DNA of 64,000 nucleotides from Bdellovibrionales bacterium (GCA_965217115.1 OZ244239.1:928001-992000); one strand, 5' to 3'; shown: positions 18,189 through 29,565, counted from the first letter of the stretch. The notes: generated from the sequence alone by a model not told the origin. Program-made: numbers and translations.

Positions 18189-19382
18189 TTACTTTAAAAT
18201 CCGAGGAACCCGTGGGCTAATACCTGTAAGAATCTCATAAGGTATCATTTCCGCCTGATGAGACAACTCACTTACACACAAGATCACCGATCCCTCTTTA
18301 CCAAATAAAGTAAAATTTTCTCCTTCCTTAGGGGTCTTCCCCTTTATTGCCAATTCTGTTACATCAAAGAAAGTATACCCCATACACACTCGACCGACTT
18401 GTGGAACACGCTCTCCCTTGTACAAAGCTAGACTTTTGTTAGATAAGCAGCGTGGATACCCATCAGCATAACCACAGAAAATCAAAGCCAGAAGAGAGTC
18501 AGATTCTGCTTTCCAAGTTCCTCCATAGGAGATTTTCTGCCCTTTTTTCACCTCACGTACAGACATCACCTCTCCCTTCAAGGACATAACTGGGCGCAAA
18601 TCAAAATTTTCTCTTTTTATATTCTCTGGCAAAACCCCATAAAGAGCCAAGCCTGGTCGCATTCCCTTAGCTACAGACAGTAACTCCTTTGGGAAAATCT
18701 CTTCTCTGAGTAATTCAATAAGCCCCAAAGCCCCTGGACTGTTAAGACAATGAATGTCAACACCCTCGCACCACTCGCCAAGATCTCGCATAAATTTCTT
18801 AAAAAGAGTTAACTGTCTAATACTATCGCCAAGTGGATCCGCAATATCTTCTCCTGCCATTAAATGAGTGCCTATGCCAATGATCTTCACTGTCGAACAA
18901 GCAACAATTTCTTCTTTTATTTTTTCTATTTCATCATGAACAAACCCCATACGAGACATTCCTGTATCGAGTTTAATATGTATCGGGTACCTCTTTTGAG
19001 TCTCCTCTTTTGAAAAAAACTGAGACAATACTTGAGACAAAGCCCTCCACTGCCTCCAACTTCCAACAACGGGCGTACAACCATTTTTGATTAACTGATT
19101 TGCACCTTCCTGGGAAAAACCTCCAAAAACTAAAATCTCTGCCTGGATATTGGCTTCACGTAAAGCAACAGCCTCTTCAACAAGGCTCACGCCCAGATGA
19201 GTCACACCCTCTTCTTCTAAAATTCTCGCCACCGAAATCAATCCATGGCCATAACCATCGGCTTTCACCATTGGACAAAAGAATGGACTCCCCATTTCTT
19301 TATTGATCGCTAACAAAAAGCGACAATTATGCCTAAGATTTTTTCCACTGATTTCGGCAAAAGTATTACGAAATTGTTTCAA
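18189..19382 (-). CDS. alr: Alanine racemase
   Basis: VKADGYGHG (PLP Lys), HIKLDTGMSRMG, RPGLALYG, ISYG, GYADG, IPYEILTGISPRVPR. Confidence 0.93.
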   Translation of the reverse strand: MKQFRNTFAEISGKNLRHNCRFLLAINKEMGSPFFCPMVKADGYGHGLISVARILEEEGVTHLGVSLVEEAVALREANIQAEILVFGGFSQEGANQLIKNGCTPVVGSWRQWRALSQVLSQFFSKEETQKRYPIHIKLDTGMSRMGFVHDEIEKIKEEIVACSTVKIIGIGTHLMAGEDIADPLGDSIRQLTLFKKFMRDLGEWCEGVDIHCLNSPGALGLIELLREEIFPKELLSVAKGMRPGLALYGVLPENIKRENFDLRPVMSLKGEVMSVREVKKGQKISYGGTWKAESDSLLALIFCGYADGYPRCLSNKSLALYKGERVPQVGRVCMGYTFFDVTELAIKGKTPKEGENFTLFGKEGSVILCVSELSHQAEMIPYEILTGISPRVPRILK

Positions 19383-21070
19383 ACTCCCCTCTCGGCATAA
19401 ACAAAGTTATCTTTTCCTTGATCTATTTCAAATACAACTTCCACCACAGTTCCTTTTCCTATTTCAGAAGTTATATTTAATTCAGCTCCAAATGAAGTCA
19501 AAACACCTAAGACCACTGATACTCCCATACCCTTGTTTTCAACAGATTTTGACGAAAAAGGTTCCTTAATCTGTCGCAACTGCTCTTGAGACATACCACA
19601 ACCCGAATCTATTATTAGTAAATGAACTTTTTCACCTTTACTCTCAACCTTTACACTTAAGGTTGATGTGTCTGTTCTAGCCATTGCTTCCAGAGAGTTA
19701 TTTATAATTTCCGTCAACACTAACTGCAATAATGACGGTTCTGCTTTCACACAGCCACTAAAAGTATCCTCCACTTCCAAAGTGATTTCTAAATCCTGTA
19801 TCTTTAGCTCAAAAAACTTCAATACAGTGGGAATCAAAATCTTTAAATTAACTGAAACTGTTTCCATCCTCTCTAAACCAGCAAACAAGCTTAGGCGGTC
19901 TAATACTTCACGAATTTTCCTAGCACTCTCCTCTATTGCTCTCAAGTTTCCCTGAGTTTCATCCTCAACTCTCCTGGCTCCCATTAATTTTGCCTGACCT
20001 ATAATAGATGTGGTCGGCGGAACCAAGTTTTGTACAATACCTCTAGACATTTTCAATAAAGCTCTCTTCCTTATCTCAAATTCATCCACGATATTTGTCA
20101 TTGAAGATTCTATTTTTTTCTTTTTTCTATCTAAGTTCCATTTCTCATTGTTGTTATTGTATTTCTCCATGGAGGAACTCTTCTCTTCTTGAAGAACTAA
20201 TCGTTTTGTAGATTTTTGTAGGCATAAATAAAGTATTAATGAACACAAAAGAATCAATCCTAAAAAAATAAATATCAACTTTAAGAGCAAAGGGTTTATG
20301 GTTTTGTCTAAATCGTATTCCCAAAAAAAATACAAATTATTATAAGGAGGCTTTTTTATATATTTTCCTAAAGAACTTTTATCATCCTCTTTAAGTTCTA
20401 AAGGAAATAGGACGTTGAGTGGGATCTCAATGTTTTCCAATATGCTTTTAAGAGGTCGTCTCTTGCCTTTCTCTTGAAAAGAGTAAAACACTTCCCCTTG
20501 ATCATTTATCAAAGAAATATTTCTTTTTTCTAGGTTTCTATGAAAAGAAATATTTAAAAACCTATTTTTCAAAAAACCTACTGCAACCAACGTCTGTGAT
20601 TTCTTTAAGGGCTTTATGAATAATGTCTTCTCATCTATACGGATAAAAGTTTCTGTGTTATTTGAAATAGTTTTTACTGATATTTTTTTAATTTTCTCTA
20701 AGATTTTTTTCTTTTCTTTTTCAAAACCATTATGCCAGCGCAGTGAAATTTGAGATTTTTTTATTTCAAATAACCATATTCCGATAAAAGCCTCTGGCAT
20801 TTTTGATTCAAAAAGAGAGTTTTCTTGTGATTGTGTGTAGTCAAGAAGCTGTTTTCCTAATTTTTGTATTTTATCATCTACTTTTTGAGTTAAGATGCTC
20901 ATATCTCTTTGTGCCAAAAACCGTATCGAATTTTGTTTTTCTTCAAACAGAGATCTCTGCGCTTGCCACAAAACTCCCCCTCCCACAAGAAGACCACTCA
21001 GCACGCCCACAAATAAAATCAAACTTTTTAACTGTAGCCTAAACACCAAAAACTCCTTAAAACAAGCCAT
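19379..21070 (-). CDS. Membrane-bound sensor histidine-kinase-like protein lacking the H-box histidine
   Basis: Two TM helices around a periplasmic domain. HATPase boxes present (EIINNSLEA, IIDSGCGM, IKEPF, KGMGVS). H-box region reads RGIVQNLVPPTTSIIG. Confidence 0.8.
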   Translation of the reverse strand: MACFKEFLVFRLQLKSLILFVGVLSGLLVGGGVLWQAQRSLFEEKQNSIRFLAQRDMSILTQKVDDKIQKLGKQLLDYTQSQENSLFESKMPEAFIGIWLFEIKKSQISLRWHNGFEKEKKKILEKIKKISVKTISNNTETFIRIDEKTLFIKPLKKSQTLVAVGFLKNRFLNISFHRNLEKRNISLINDQGEVFYSFQEKGKRRPLKSILENIEIPLNVLFPLELKEDDKSSLGKYIKKPPYNNLYFFWEYDLDKTINPLLLKLIFIFLGLILLCSLILYLCLQKSTKRLVLQEEKSSSMEKYNNNNEKWNLDRKKKKIESSMTNIVDEFEIRKRALLKMSRGIVQNLVPPTTSIIGQAKLMGARRVEDETQGNLRAIEESARKIREVLDRLSLFAGLERMETVSVNLKILIPTVLKFFELKIQDLEITLEVEDTFSGCVKAEPSLLQLVLTEIINNSLEAMARTDTSTLSVKVESKGEKVHLLIIDSGCGMSQEQLRQIKEPFSSKSVENKGMGVSVVLGVLTSFGAELNITSEIGKGTVVEVVFEIDQGKDNFVYAERGV

Positions 21071-21308
21071 GCTATAAATAACACTCTATCAACTATTTCG
21101 CCCATTTATTTATTCTGACTTTTTCATCAAAAATACAATGTAATGCACCTAAAAATTTAAACAGGATTAATATAAATATATTTTAATATGAGCCTCTCAA
21201 AGAGAGCAAGCGACAAAGACTTTGACTCTCTGTATACCGTAAATATTTAGTCTATTTTTGTCAGAAACCTTGAAAACCCATCTAAAAAGAGTGTATATAA
21301 ATCTTTCT

Positions 21309-22916
21309 ATGAAAACCAATGAATGTGACTTTCTTATTATTGGATCGGGGCTAGCTGGCTTAACCGCAGCTATGCACCTTTCCAGATTAGGAGAGGTCCA
21401 TATTCTATCTAAAGGGCAACCTGATGAGACCAACACCTCAATGGCCCAGGGGGGTATTTCCTCCGTTAGCTCATCTGAGGATTCCTTTCTAAATCATATA
21501 AAAGACACTCTCACAGCAGGAGCAGGGCTCTGCCATGCTAATGTCGTTCGCAGTGTCATCGAACAAGCCCCCGATTGCATAAGGCAACTACAGGACTGGG
21601 GTGTACAGTTTGATCAAGACTCTCTCAAAAAAATGTCTCTCACCCGTGAGGGAGGCCATAATAAAAAAAGAATTCTCCATGTTAAAGATCAAACGGGGAA
21701 AGCTATTCACACCCAACTTTTACAAGTCACCCATGAATCCCCTCATATTAAATTTTTTTCCAATTACACAGGCATTGATCTTATTCTGGACGAACAGATT
21801 AAACCCTCTAAAACTCATCCAGCTTCTTGCATCGGGTGCTATGCACTAGATACTTCTTCCCAAGAAGTCATCGCATGGAAGTCCAAGATTACTATTTTAG
21901 CCACTGGTGGAGTTGGAAAAGCCTATCTTTACACTTCTAATTGGAGTGGCTCTACTGGAGATGGAATTGCGATGGGCTTTCGCGCCGGCACTCGAATCGC
22001 TAATATGGAATTTATGCAGTTTCACCCCACCTGCCTCCATCACCCTGAAGCAAGAAACTTTCTTATTTCTGAAACCCTCCGCGGAGAAGGCGCGTGTCTT
22101 ATCAATTCCCAGGGGCACAAGTTCATGGATGATCACCATGCCTTGGCTGAACTTGCGCCCCGTGACATTGTTGCTCGAGGCATTACTGCTGAAATAAGAA
22201 GAACAGGAGATAGCTGCGTATTTCTTGATATTACCCACAAACCTGCTGGTTTTTTGAAAACTCGCTTTCCTGTCATCTATAAACGCTGCCTTCAATATGG
22301 TATCGACTTAACCACTGATCCTATTCCCGTTATTCCAGCCGCACATTATCTCTGTGGTGGTCTTGTCAGCAATGAAGTAGGACAAACTGATATACAAGGC
22401 CTCTTTGCTCTTGGCGAAACGGCCTGCACGGGGCTTCATGGAGCGAATCGCTTGGCTTCTAATTCTCTATTAGAGTGCGTAGCCTATGCACATAATACCT
22501 ACAAATTTCTTCAAAAAAATATAGCTTCCTTCCCTCTCTCAAAAACAGATATTAAGAATTGGACTTCTCTTGAAAGCACAAATGATGACGAGCTTCTTGT
22601 TATTTCACAGACTTTAGATGAGATTCGCCATCTCATGTGGAACTACGTCGGCATTATTCGCTCTAATAAAAAACTTTCCCACGCGCAATCACGCCTCGAT
22701 AATATTATAAAAGAAACTAAGACTTATTATGGTCACTTTCAACTCTCTCAAGACCTCATAGAATTAAAAAATATCGCTCTAGTGGCAAAACTCACCGTTG
22801 AAAGCGCCCTACGACGTCAAGAGTCTATCGGTATTCACTACAATATTGATGCACCTAGAGCTACTGACTCAAAAAGTCATTTTAGTGATACCATTATCCT
22901 TCCCGGGCAGTTTTAG
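21309..22916 (+). CDS. nadB: L-aspartate oxidase
   Basis: IIGSGLAGL, TSMAQGGI, REGGH, QFHPT, LISETLRGEG, LAPRD, HYLCGG, GLHGANRLASNSL. ATG at 21309 preferred over TTG at 21258. Confidence 0.96.
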   Translation: MKTNECDFLIIGSGLAGLTAAMHLSRLGEVHILSKGQPDETNTSMAQGGISSVSSSEDSFLNHIKDTLTAGAGLCHANVVRSVIEQAPDCIRQLQDWGVQFDQDSLKKMSLTREGGHNKKRILHVKDQTGKAIHTQLLQVTHESPHIKFFSNYTGIDLILDEQIKPSKTHPASCIGCYALDTSSQEVIAWKSKITILATGGVGKAYLYTSNWSGSTGDGIAMGFRAGTRIANMEFMQFHPTCLHHPEARNFLISETLRGEGACLINSQGHKFMDDHHALAELAPRDIVARGITAEIRRTGDSCVFLDITHKPAGFLKTRFPVIYKRCLQYGIDLTTDPIPVIPAAHYLCGGLVSNEVGQTDIQGLFALGETACTGLHGANRLASNSLLECVAYAHNTYKFLQKNIASFPLSKTDIKNWTSLESTNDDELLVISQTLDEIRHLMWNYVGIIRSNKKLSHAQSRLDNIIKETKTYYGHFQLSQDLIELKNIALVAKLTVESALRRQESIGIHYNIDAPRATDSKSHFSDTIILPGQF

Positions 22917-22958
22917 ATTTCGTTTTTTCAGAACTAATAATGGTCTAAATGGAGCTTC

Positions 22959-23750
22959 TCATCTAACTGGGGATGGTGAAAATAGATGAAACTTTCCACC
23001 ACTATCATTCAAACAATAAATTTGTGACTCTTTTCCCCAAAATCCTAAATTAACCGAATGAACTCTACGACCTGCAAACTCAAAATTATACTCATCCCGC
23101 ACATGCACGTGCCCTGTGAAAATATAATCAAACTCTTTATTTGATCCTTTTATTTCTTCACATAGATTATGAGCGTAACTACGAATTAACTTCAAAGCCT
23201 GGGCTTCATTGAAATTATGCTTTTTTTCTTGTCTCAAACGACTAGCTTTACTCAATCTCTCTCCGATCGATGAAACCACTGAACCTGGCAGAGAAAATAA
23301 AATTATTTTTATAAAAGAACTCCGTATAAATCGACGCCAACGTAGGTAACTAGTATCATTTGAATTTATTAAATCTCCGTGCTCTGCCCGGACTCTAAAA
23401 GAGCCCAGACGAAAGTGAGCTTCATTCGAATGAACAGTCACCCCTAACTCTTCTTGCCAATAAGACCGCAAATGAAAATCGTGATTGCCCTCGAAGAAAT
23501 GAATCTCAATTTCTTTCTTTTTTACTTCCTTTATCAAAGAAATCAACTCAGCATATTTTTTTATGAAATAAGAGTGATCGGCAATCCAAAGATCAAAAAT
23601 ATCTCCCAATAAAAATACATGGGTTGCCTTTAATTCTCCAGATACGATAGAACGAAAAAAATGCAGCAGAGTTTTTCCATTACGCTCATTAAGGTCATTT
23701 AAGTGAATATCTGATAAAAACCAAGCTTGCAAAAAACTAAAGTTCTCCAT
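22959..23750 (-). CDS. lpxH: UDP-2,3-diacylglucosamine diphosphatase-like metallophosphoesterase
   Basis: [31 protein letters not shown] motifs. Confidence 0.82.
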   Translation of the reverse strand: MENFSFLQAWFLSDIHLNDLNERNGKTLLHFFRSIVSGELKATHVFLLGDIFDLWIADHSYFIKKYAELISLIKEVKKKEIEIHFFEGNHDFHLRSYWQEELGVTVHSNEAHFRLGSFRVRAEHGDLINSNDTSYLRWRRFIRSSFIKIILFSLPGSVVSSIGERLSKASRLRQEKKHNFNEAQALKLIRSYAHNLCEEIKGSNKEFDYIFTGHVHVRDEYNFEFAGRRVHSVNLGFWGKESQIYCLNDSGGKFHLFSPSPVR

Positions 23751-25041
23751 CTACCTCATTCGGTTTACGTCGAAGATAAGAAGGTACATCTAAATCATCG
23801 CTATCTGTAAAAGAAAACTCTATATTTTCTACTAATTCCTCTTTAGTTCCGCGAAAAGTCTTCGCTTTTTCTAAAAGAATATCTCTGGGCAGAGCATCTT
23901 TCTTTTCCTGATAGATTTCAGGAGTTTTATTTTCAATCTGATGATATTGACCGTCTTTAGAAGACAATCCCTTACTCAGTATCTGAAATCCATCTCCCTC
24001 GCCCATCTGTTCAAGAACCTGAGTTTGACTATCCGTGAGGGTTTTCTGCATTTCTTTCATTTGATCAGATGCCTCTTTATGACTCTCATCACCAAACCCT
24101 GTGGCAATAACCGTCACGCTCACTGCATCTCCAATATTCTCATCAATCACTGCACCGAAAATAATTTCAGCATCCTCATGGGCTGCCTCCGTAATTAACG
24201 TCGAAGCTTCGTTGACTTCAAAAAGACTTAGCTCAGATCCACCTGTAACATTTATAATAATGCCCGTTGCCCCTTCGATGGCAACATTCTCAAGTAGTGG
24301 GGAAGATATCGCCATTGTCGCCGCTTCCACTGCACGATTATCACCTTCGGCTACTCCTGTACCCATAATGGCCACGCCCTTTGTTTCCATCACAGTGCGA
24401 ATGTCGGCAAAATCCAAATTAATCAAGCCACGAATATTAATAAGATCCGAAATTCCCTTAACCGCTTGATGAAGAACCTCATCCGCTTTCTTAAAAGTCT
24501 CAAGCAAAGGAGTTCTCTCTCCAGAAATAGACAAAAGCTTTTGATTAGGAATCACAATCAAAGTGTCCACATTTTCTTTTAATTCTTTAAGACCCATTTG
24601 AGCATGCTTTTGCCTTTTCTTTCCTTCAAAAATAAATGGGCGAGTGACGACACCGATTGTCAACGCTCCCATTTCTTTAGCTATTTTCGCCACAATCGGA
24701 GCGCCACCAGTTCCTGTTCCACCGCCCATTCCTGCAGTGACAAAAACCATATCAGCCCCTTCAAGCTGCTGAGCAATCTCATTGTAGGACTCGATCGCTG
24801 CTTTTTTTCCAATTTCAGGGTTAGCTCCAGCGCCCAAGCCCTTCGTTAACTCACTTCCCAATTGAACTTTTCCCTCTGAACTACTGGCATCCAAAGCCTG
24901 AATATCTGTATTAGCCACAACAAATCCAACACCTGTCATTCCCATTTTAATCATCGTGTTCACAGCGTTGCTTCCGCCGCCACCAACACCAACAACTTTA
25001 ATATTCGCACCTATACTGGTATTTTCTTCCAATTCAAACAT
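23737..25041 (-). CDS. ftsZ: Cell division GTPase FtsZ
   Basis: [25 protein letters not shown]-terminal [14 protein letters not shown] at 25041. Confidence 0.99.
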   Translation of the reverse strand: MFELEENTSIGANIKVVGVGGGGSNAVNTMIKMGMTGVGFVVANTDIQALDASSSEGKVQLGSELTKGLGAGANPEIGKKAAIESYNEIAQQLEGADMVFVTAGMGGGTGTGGAPIVAKIAKEMGALTIGVVTRPFIFEGKKRQKHAQMGLKELKENVDTLIVIPNQKLLSISGERTPLLETFKKADEVLHQAVKGISDLINIRGLINLDFADIRTVMETKGVAIMGTGVAEGDNRAVEAATMAISSPLLENVAIEGATGIIINVTGGSELSLFEVNEASTLITEAAHEDAEIIFGAVIDENIGDAVSVTVIATGFGDESHKEASDQMKEMQKTLTDSQTQVLEQMGEGDGFQILSKGLSSKDGQYHQIENKTPEIYQEKKDALPRDILLEKAKTFRGTKEELVENIEFSFTDSDDLDVPSYLRRKPNEVDGEL

Positions 25042-25059
25042 TATCACCCTCCTGGGTTA

Positions 25060-26292
25060 TTACTCCATCACATTCAAAAAATTAAACAGCTTACGTTTTA
25101 ATCCTAAAACTCCATCTCCCAATTTTGATTCCCGCTCCTCTTTTACGCCATTCTGCCTTTGCCCATAAAACAACAAACCAATAGCCGTCGCATAATCAGA
25201 GGACTTCACGACATCGGTCAACCCTCCAACCTTGATCGGTTGGGCTAAACGAAAAGGGATGTCAAACATAAACTCTCCCATCTCCTCCAAACCTGAAAGC
25301 TCACTAGCTCCGCCCGTCAAAACAATACCCGATCCTAAATCCTTAAAAAAACCACTGCTAACAATATCTTTCTTTATCAATTCTAGTGTCTCTTCAGCTC
25401 GTGGTTCTAAAATACTACAAAGGTTTTTTCGTAGAATACTTCGAGATTGGCGACCGCCAACTCCTTCAACATCAATCATCTCTTCATCATTCAACATTTC
25501 TGTCAAAGCACAGCCATATTTCTTTTTTAATTTTTCAGCATTTTGTTGAGGAGTTCTCAAGCCCACTGCTAAATCATGAGTAAAATGTTCTCCACCCACT
25601 GGTAACACAGAAGTATAAGCCACACTGCCATTAGCATAGACAATGGTACCACAACTCCCACCACCCATATTCACTAATGCCACGCCTAGATTTTTTTCAT
25701 CTTCACTCACTGTTGCCAATGACGATGCCAGTTGATCTAAGACTAAGCCTGCTATTTTTAAATTTGCTTTTTCAGTGCACTTAATAGCATTTTGACTAGC
25801 TGTTCTTCCGCTGGTCACAATATGGACAGACGCTTCAAGACGAATGCCCGACATCCCGATAGGGTCCCAAATCCCCCCTTGTTCATCAACTTTGTACTCT
25901 CTGGGTAAAACATGTAAAACATCGCGATCTGTTGGCACTGCCACTGCTTTTGCCGCCTCCAACACACGGTCAATATCCTGCTCACTCACTTCCTGATTTT
26001 TTATGGCAATCATTCCTTTAGAATCAAAGGATTTTACATGTGTTCCTGATATGCTCAACCATACCTCGCCCACATCATAGCCAGACATTAATTCAGCTTC
26101 TTCTTTCGCCCTAGTGATTGCCTCTGTTGTTGCATCAATATTAACAACTACGCCTTGACGCATTCCCGTGTTGGAAGCTGTTCCAACTCCCACGACATCT
26201 AAACCATTTTCTCCAATGACACCAACAACAAGAACCACCTTTGTGGTTCCAATATCAAGACCTGCAATAATCGGCTGAATCCGTTTAGCCAT
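25060..26292 (-). CDS. ftsA: Cell division protein FtsA
   Basis: GLDIGTTKV, PIGMSGIRLE, GIVLTGG, YATAIGL. Confidence 0.98.
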   Translation of the reverse strand: MAKRIQPIIAGLDIGTTKVVLVVGVIGENGLDVVGVGTASNTGMRQGVVVNIDATTEAITRAKEEAELMSGYDVGEVWLSISGTHVKSFDSKGMIAIKNQEVSEQDIDRVLEAAKAVAVPTDRDVLHVLPREYKVDEQGGIWDPIGMSGIRLEASVHIVTSGRTASQNAIKCTEKANLKIAGLVLDQLASSLATVSEDEKNLGVALVNMGGGSCGTIVYANGSVAYTSVLPVGGEHFTHDLAVGLRTPQQNAEKLKKKYGCALTEMLNDEEMIDVEGVGGRQSRSILRKNLCSILEPRAEETLELIKKDIVSSGFFKDLGSGIVLTGGASELSGLEEMGEFMFDIPFRLAQPIKVGGLTDVVKSSDYATAIGLLFYGQRQNGVKEERESKLGDGVLGLKRKLFNFLNVME

Positions 26293-26381
26293 TTTTCCTC
26301 TCTAGACCGAGAATTCTTCTCTGGTCTGCTGTACACTCTTTTGATGCATTAACGCCTAAAACTCACAAGACTAGGTAAAGA

Positions 26382-27137
26382 TTAAGGTTTTTTACGCAGC
26401 TTGACAAGAACTTTTTTTGAAAACCTAGCATCAATAACTCGACCTCTAACCTGATGAGATTCCATGTATTCAAGAACTCGGTTGACTCTTTTTATTTTTC
26501 CCGCAACTGGACCTTGGCCCATGATTACTTTTGTTCCACTCCCTATAAGTGATAACCAGAACCCTTCTTTATCATTGTACTCAATATCAGAAACCTTCTC
26601 TTTTGTTAACAAACCCTCCTTTGGCAAAGCTTTCAAGAACTCAATAGCCTTCTGACGAAGGGCTTGTTGTTTTTCTAAAGATTCTCCACGCAACACAACC
26701 AAGTCAAGCGAACCCGCTTCTTTTGTCGTCTCTAAAAGCCCCCCCCCTTCCATCACAGGATTTAAGCTTCCATTTTTGTTGAAAAGAACCGTCGCCACTC
26801 CTTTTGCCGTAATAGAAATCTCCAAAGTATCTGGCCAATGCCTTGATAGAACCACCGAATTCACCCAATGCTCTGCTAACACCTCGTCACGGATAGTTTT
26901 TAATTTTAATTTTAATAGCGATTGCCCCTCTAATTTTTCTAACTTTAATTGAAGCTGTGACATTTTTTTCTGCACCAATACATCTACCTGCGAACGGTTC
27001 GCTTGGTGGATGAAAATTTCTTTTAAGTTAAAGAGACTTTGTCCATCCAACCAATAAAGAATTCCCGCCAAACTCGACCCAACAAGTACAGCTAAAAAAG
27101 AAAATAAAAATAATCGTTTAAATAGAATCTTTCCCAT
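26382..27137 (-). CDS. ftsQ: Cell division protein FtsQ/DivIB
   Basis: N-terminal TM, POTRA-like WVNSVVLSRHWPDTLEI, C-terminal IDARF; position upstream of ftsA. Confidence 0.88.
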   Translation of the reverse strand: MGKILFKRLFLFSFLAVLVGSSLAGILYWLDGQSLFNLKEIFIHQANRSQVDVLVQKKMSQLQLKLEKLEGQSLLKLKLKTIRDEVLAEHWVNSVVLSRHWPDTLEISITAKGVATVLFNKNGSLNPVMEGGGLLETTKEAGSLDLVVLRGESLEKQQALRQKAIEFLKALPKEGLLTKEKVSDIEYNDKEGFWLSLIGSGTKVIMGQGPVAGKIKRVNRVLEYMESHQVRGRVIDARFSKKVLVKLRKKP

Positions 27138-27280
27138 AACCTAAGAATATTCTAAGGCAATCATGAAGAAAATACTCTCAACAATTAAATTTCATATCAA
27201 AATATTCGACTATAGACCTGAAAAAAGGCTCTTCACCTTTCTCTCGTTAAACTTAGCTAAGTTATAAAATAAAAAGTCCT

Positions 27281-28189
27281 TTAAAAGCCCATTAAGACAA
27301 CTTCGCTCTCAAGAGTGATCCCTTTTTTCTCTTTAATCGTTTTGCAAACGTAATCAATCAGATCAGCAATATTCTGAGCAGAAGCCTCTCCTGTGTTAAT
27401 AATAAAATTGGCATGCTTTTTTGAAACCTTCGCTCCACCTATTGAATATCCTTTCAAACCACAGTCCTCAATCAATGCCCCTGAAGAAAAACCTTCTGGA
27501 TTTCTAAATACAGAACCACAACTCGGTTTGTCTAAAGGCTGTTTAGACATTCTTTTCTTATTGGCTTCAAATACTAATTTCTTAATTTCATCCCTCGGCT
27601 TATTAGGCCACTTCAATCCAACACGCACAATGATCCCTGGTTGCCATCCACTGCAATCACGATACTGCCATCGTAAATCAGATTTCCGGTAACGCTTAAT
27701 ATGTGATTTTTCATTTTTACTCCACTTTAAAACATCCACCCATTCAATGATTTCTACAAATTCACGGGGAACCAATTCCTCTCTGACACCTGCATTCATC
27801 ACTACACCACCACCAGTATTTCCAGGTAATCCAGTCAAAAACAATGCAGGAGACAAGCTTTTCTTTAGATAATAGCGCATTACCTCAAATTTAGGCGTTC
27901 CCGACATAACAGAAAGGACATAGTCATCACCTACAATATTCTCATCTATTCCAATGAGATTCTTTGTTGAAACAACTAAACCTTTAATCCCTGCATCGCT
28001 AATCAGAACATTCGTACCACCACCTAATATTGTAATTAATTGTTTATTTTCTAAGGCCCAATCAACCACTTCTTTGAATTGCGCAATACTTTGTGGCTGA
28101 CAAAAAAACTCACTCATTCCTCCCACCTTCCAAGAAGTGTAGGGAGCTAAACAAATATTTTCTTGTATACAACTCAGTTTCAAACTCAT
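27281..28189 (-). CDS. murB: UDP-N-acetylenolpyruvoylglucosamine reductase
   Basis: LGGGTNVL, PGNTGGGVVMNAG, QPLDKPSCGSVFRNP, SKKHANFIIN. ATG at 28189 overlaps the murC stop. Confidence 0.96.
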   Translation of the reverse strand: MSLKLSCIQENICLAPYTSWKVGGMSEFFCQPQSIAQFKEVVDWALENKQLITILGGGTNVLISDAGIKGLVVSTKNLIGIDENIVGDDYVLSVMSGTPKFEVMRYYLKKSLSPALFLTGLPGNTGGGVVMNAGVREELVPREFVEIIEWVDVLKWSKNEKSHIKRYRKSDLRWQYRDCSGWQPGIIVRVGLKWPNKPRDEIKKLVFEANKKRMSKQPLDKPSCGSVFRNPEGFSSGALIEDCGLKGYSIGGAKVSKKHANFIINTGEASAQNIADLIDYVCKTIKEKKGITLESEVVLMGF

Positions 28190-29553
28190 GATTTTTTTAA
28201 ACAGCTTTTTAATTCTGCTCCAAATTTCCAACCATCACCTGCCCCAAGAGTTAAATAGACATCGCCCTCTTTAATTATCTTCTGACTTTCTATCAAGACA
28301 TGATCCCTTGGAATATAACACACATCTGGGTGAGATATTGCCTCAGAAAGCATCTTTCCCGTCACTCCATCTATGGGAGTTTCAGCACCAGGATAAATAT
28401 CTGTTACTATGACTTGATCAGCCAACTCAAAACACTGAGTGAATTCATGCCACATATTCTGTGTCCTCGTATAACGATGGGGCTGAAACATCACAACTAG
28501 CCTCTTACTATTGCTAAATTTTTCCTTAAACCCCTGCAATGTCGCGCGAATTTCCGTTGGATGATGAGCGTAATCATCATAAAAAAGTACGCCCTTCTCT
28601 TCACCTCTAAATTCAAATCGTCTTCCTACCCCTGTAAATTTTCCCACTCCTTCAATACAAGTTTCAAAACTAATTCCAGAAGATAAACCACAGACAATTG
28701 CAGCTAAAGCATTCAGAGCATTATGACGGCCAGGAAGAGAAACTAAAAAAAATCCTAAACTCTTCTTTAACCCTCCACTATGAGAACGGTAAACTTCATA
28801 TTTTCCTTTTTCACCCTTAATATAAAAATCATTCTCTTTTTCAAAACCGTAAAACAACATCTTCTTAGGAAACTCTTTAAATAACTCCCGCACTCGATGA
28901 TCATCACCACAAACAATCGCTAACCCATAAAAAGGAACTTTCAAGGTGAATTCATAAAATGCTTTCTGTAAATTTTGAAAAGATTTGTAATGATCCAAAT
29001 GGTCTACGTCAATATTAGTCACCACAGCAATCTCTGGAGTTAATTTAGAAAAGCTTCCATCGCTCTCATCAGCCTCAGCAATAATCCATTCACCTTGACC
29101 CAACATTGCCGTGGACTTAATTAAATCTAAGCGTCCGCCAACCACAATTGTCGGGTCCGTCTCAGCTTGTAAAAAAATCGACGCCATAATACTCGTTGTT
29201 GTCGTCTTACCGTGGGTTCCTGCAATAGCAATTCCCCGTTTAGAACGCATGATTTCCGCCAAAGCCTCCGCCCGTGGAATTACAGATATCCCCTGTTTTT
29301 GCGCTTCAACTATCTCTGCATTACTCTCTTTAACGGCACTCGAATAAACGACAACATCAATATTTTTAATAAATTTTTTTTCATGCCCTTGAAAAATTCT
29401 AACTCCTATCTCCTGTAAATACTTTGTCTGTGTATTGACAGATAAGTCACTCCCCTGAACAAAAGCACCCATATTATGTAGAAGTTCCGCCAAACCACAC
29501 ATTCCTATGCCACCAATACCTACAAAATGAAAACGAGCTTTTGTTAATTTCAC
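28186..29553 (-). CDS. murC: UDP-N-acetylmuramate--L-alanine ligase
   Basis: HFVGIGGIGM, AGTHGKTTT, EADESD, DDYAHHPTE, FQPHRYTR. Confidence 0.98.
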   Translation of the reverse strand: MKLTKARFHFVGIGGIGMCGLAELLHNMGAFVQGSDLSVNTQTKYLQEIGVRIFQGHEKKFIKNIDVVVYSSAVKESNAEIVEAQKQGISVIPRAEALAEIMRSKRGIAIAGTHGKTTTTSIMASIFLQAETDPTIVVGGRLDLIKSTAMLGQGEWIIAEADESDGSFSKLTPEIAVVTNIDVDHLDHYKSFQNLQKAFYEFTLKVPFYGLAIVCGDDHRVRELFKEFPKKMLFYGFEKENDFYIKGEKGKYEVYRSHSGGLKKSLGFFLVSLPGRHNALNALAAIVCGLSSGISFETCIEGVGKFTGVGRRFEFRGEEKGVLFYDDYAHHPTEIRATLQGFKEKFSNSKRLVVMFQPHRYTRTQNMWHEFTQCFELADQVIVTDIYPGAETPIDGVTGKMLSEAISHPDVCYIPRDHVLIESQKIIKEGDVYLTLGAGDGWKFGAELKSCLKKS

Positions 29554-29565
29554 CTAAATACCAAC

